A stretch of 64,000 bases of DNA from Octopus sinensis (taxonomy: Eukaryota): NCBI RefSeq assembly GCF_006345805.1, contig NC_043003.1, positions 66,216,001 through 66,280,000 of the forward strand, given 5' to 3'. The position numbers were made by a program, and so were the translations under genes. The notes under the pieces were generated by a model that worked only from the letters and a program-made list of their open reading frames with translations, did not search any database and had not been told where the DNA came from. The stretch's first letter is position 1. Every line of letters starts with the position of its first letter. Shown in pieces: positions 62,495 to 64,000 of this stretch.

Positions 62495-62909
62495 TTATAT
62501 ATACACACACAAATATAAATACATATATACACACACATATATATGTATAGATAGATAGATAGATTGCACTGCAAAATAAAGAGTAGCAGTTTGAAATTAT
62601 ATACAATTTTGCAATATGGAGGATTATTTGAATTTAAAGAATTGGGTAATATATATTTTGAACAATCTTGACTCGGATACCAAACTTGCCCGTTAACTCC
62701 AGCAAATTTCTAAGGCAAACTTTTCCTGATGTCTAGCTAATCAAGTTTGTTGCAGATAATTAAATTCGCGAAAATGTAACAAGTAAAAAATTTAGAAAAG
62801 TCATACGTTATCTTTCAACAATTTCTAAATTATTATAAAAAAAAGAAGAAACGCTCTTCCTTTTTAAATTAGATGATAAAGTATTTTATCTCTTATTATC
62901 TCTCTGTTT

Positions 62910-63055
62910 ATTTCCTCATATTCCTTTCTGTTGAAGAGCATAGGCTCGAAATGTAAAGGACTGTCTTACTTTCCCGAGCGTGAAACTAATACACCTGCTC
63001 GTTGTTTATACACCTGTTTTCGTCTTTTGTTTTTCTGTAAATTTCAACTATTTTA
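62910..63055 (+). mobile_element. Penelope-type 3' remnant with variant hammerhead (CTGTTGAA...GAAATGTA)
   Basis: Third copy of the 20945/22740 family; motif at 62923-62960. Confidence 0.6.
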
Positions 63056-63057
63056 AC

Positions 63058-63462
63058 TTTTACTTGTTTCAGCCATTAATCTGCTGCCATGCTGGAGCAC
63101 CGCCTTGAACGTGTAGTCGGATGAATTGATTTCAGTACTTTTTTTTCAAGCCCGGGACTTATTCTATCGGTCATTTTCCCGGAACAGCTAAATTACAGGG
63201 AAGCAAAAGCACCAACACTGATTGTCGATCAGTGCAGTGGGAGAACACTGGCACAAAGACACAAACAAAAAGGTAAACAAACGTACACACACGCACCCCG
63301 CCACGCACACATACATGTATACGACGGGCTTCTTTCAGATTGCGTATATCAAATCTTCTCACAAGGTTTTGGTCGGTCCGATGCTATAGCAGATGACACT
63401 TGCGCAAAGTTCCACACAGTGGGACTGAACATGGAACCTTGTGGGTGAGAAGCAAGTTTCGT
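63058..63462 (-). mobile_element. SINE family D copy
   Basis: Reverse match to family D. Confidence 0.8.
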
Positions 63463-63542
63463 ACTGGGGGGGGGGTTGACACAATACAAAGCACGGCAAA
63501 ATTTATGACGGCAAAATTAACCAGTCATTATTTTCAAATACT

Positions 63543-63985
63543 TAAGGCGGCGAGCTGGAAGAAACGTTAGGATGCCGAGCGAAATGCTTAGCGGTGGTAT
63601 TTCGTCTGTCTTTACATTCTGAGTTCAAATTCCGCCGAGACCGACTTTGCGTTTCATCCTTTCGGAATCTATAAATTAAGAACCAGTTGCGTACTGGGGT
63701 CTATCTAATCGACTGGCCCGCTCTCCAAAAATTTCGGGCCTTGTGCCTAGAGTAGAAAAGAATATTTAAGGCGGTGAGCTGGCAAAAACGTTAGCACGCC
63801 GGACGAAATGCTTAGCGATATTTCAACTCTGTTTACGTTCTGAGTTCAAATTCTACTGAGGTCGACTTTGCTTTTCATTCTTCCGGAGGTCAATATTTTA
63901 AGTACCAGTTGCGTACTCCGGGTCGATCTTATAGACTGGCCTCCTCTCTGCAAAAAATATCCTGCCTTGAGCTAGAGTAGAGAAT
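63543..63985 (+). mobile_element. Two tandem SINE family C monomers
   Basis: AAGGCGG(C/T)GAGCTGG heads at ~63543 and ~63766, each ending AGAGTAGA..A.AATA. Confidence 0.88.
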
Positions 63986-64000
63986 ATTATTTCCTAATAT

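Overview
AT-rich, gene-poor eukaryotic DNA dominated by microsatellites and interspersed repeats. The tRNA-headed SINE families and repeat landscape point to an octopus genome (inference from recognition, not a search). No complete host protein-coding gene can be supported: nearly all ORFs in the track are translated microsatellites, and only a few low-confidence small exon candidates remain. Recognisable content: several SINE families in many copies; LINE fragments (CR1/L2-like, RTE, R4/Dong-like); a Penelope GIY-YIG tail; two Tc1/mariner relics; two non-autonomous Helitrons; and several MITE/foldback palindromes. The most interesting signal is about 11 minimal type-I hammerhead-ribozyme-like motifs from about 8 unrelated repeat families. 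These include a ~650-bp near-perfect palindrome with a hammerhead on each strand and a tRNA-headed unit whose tail carries a hammerhead. Repeat boundaries are approximate, family letters A-G are my own labels, and all folds and alignments were done by eye.
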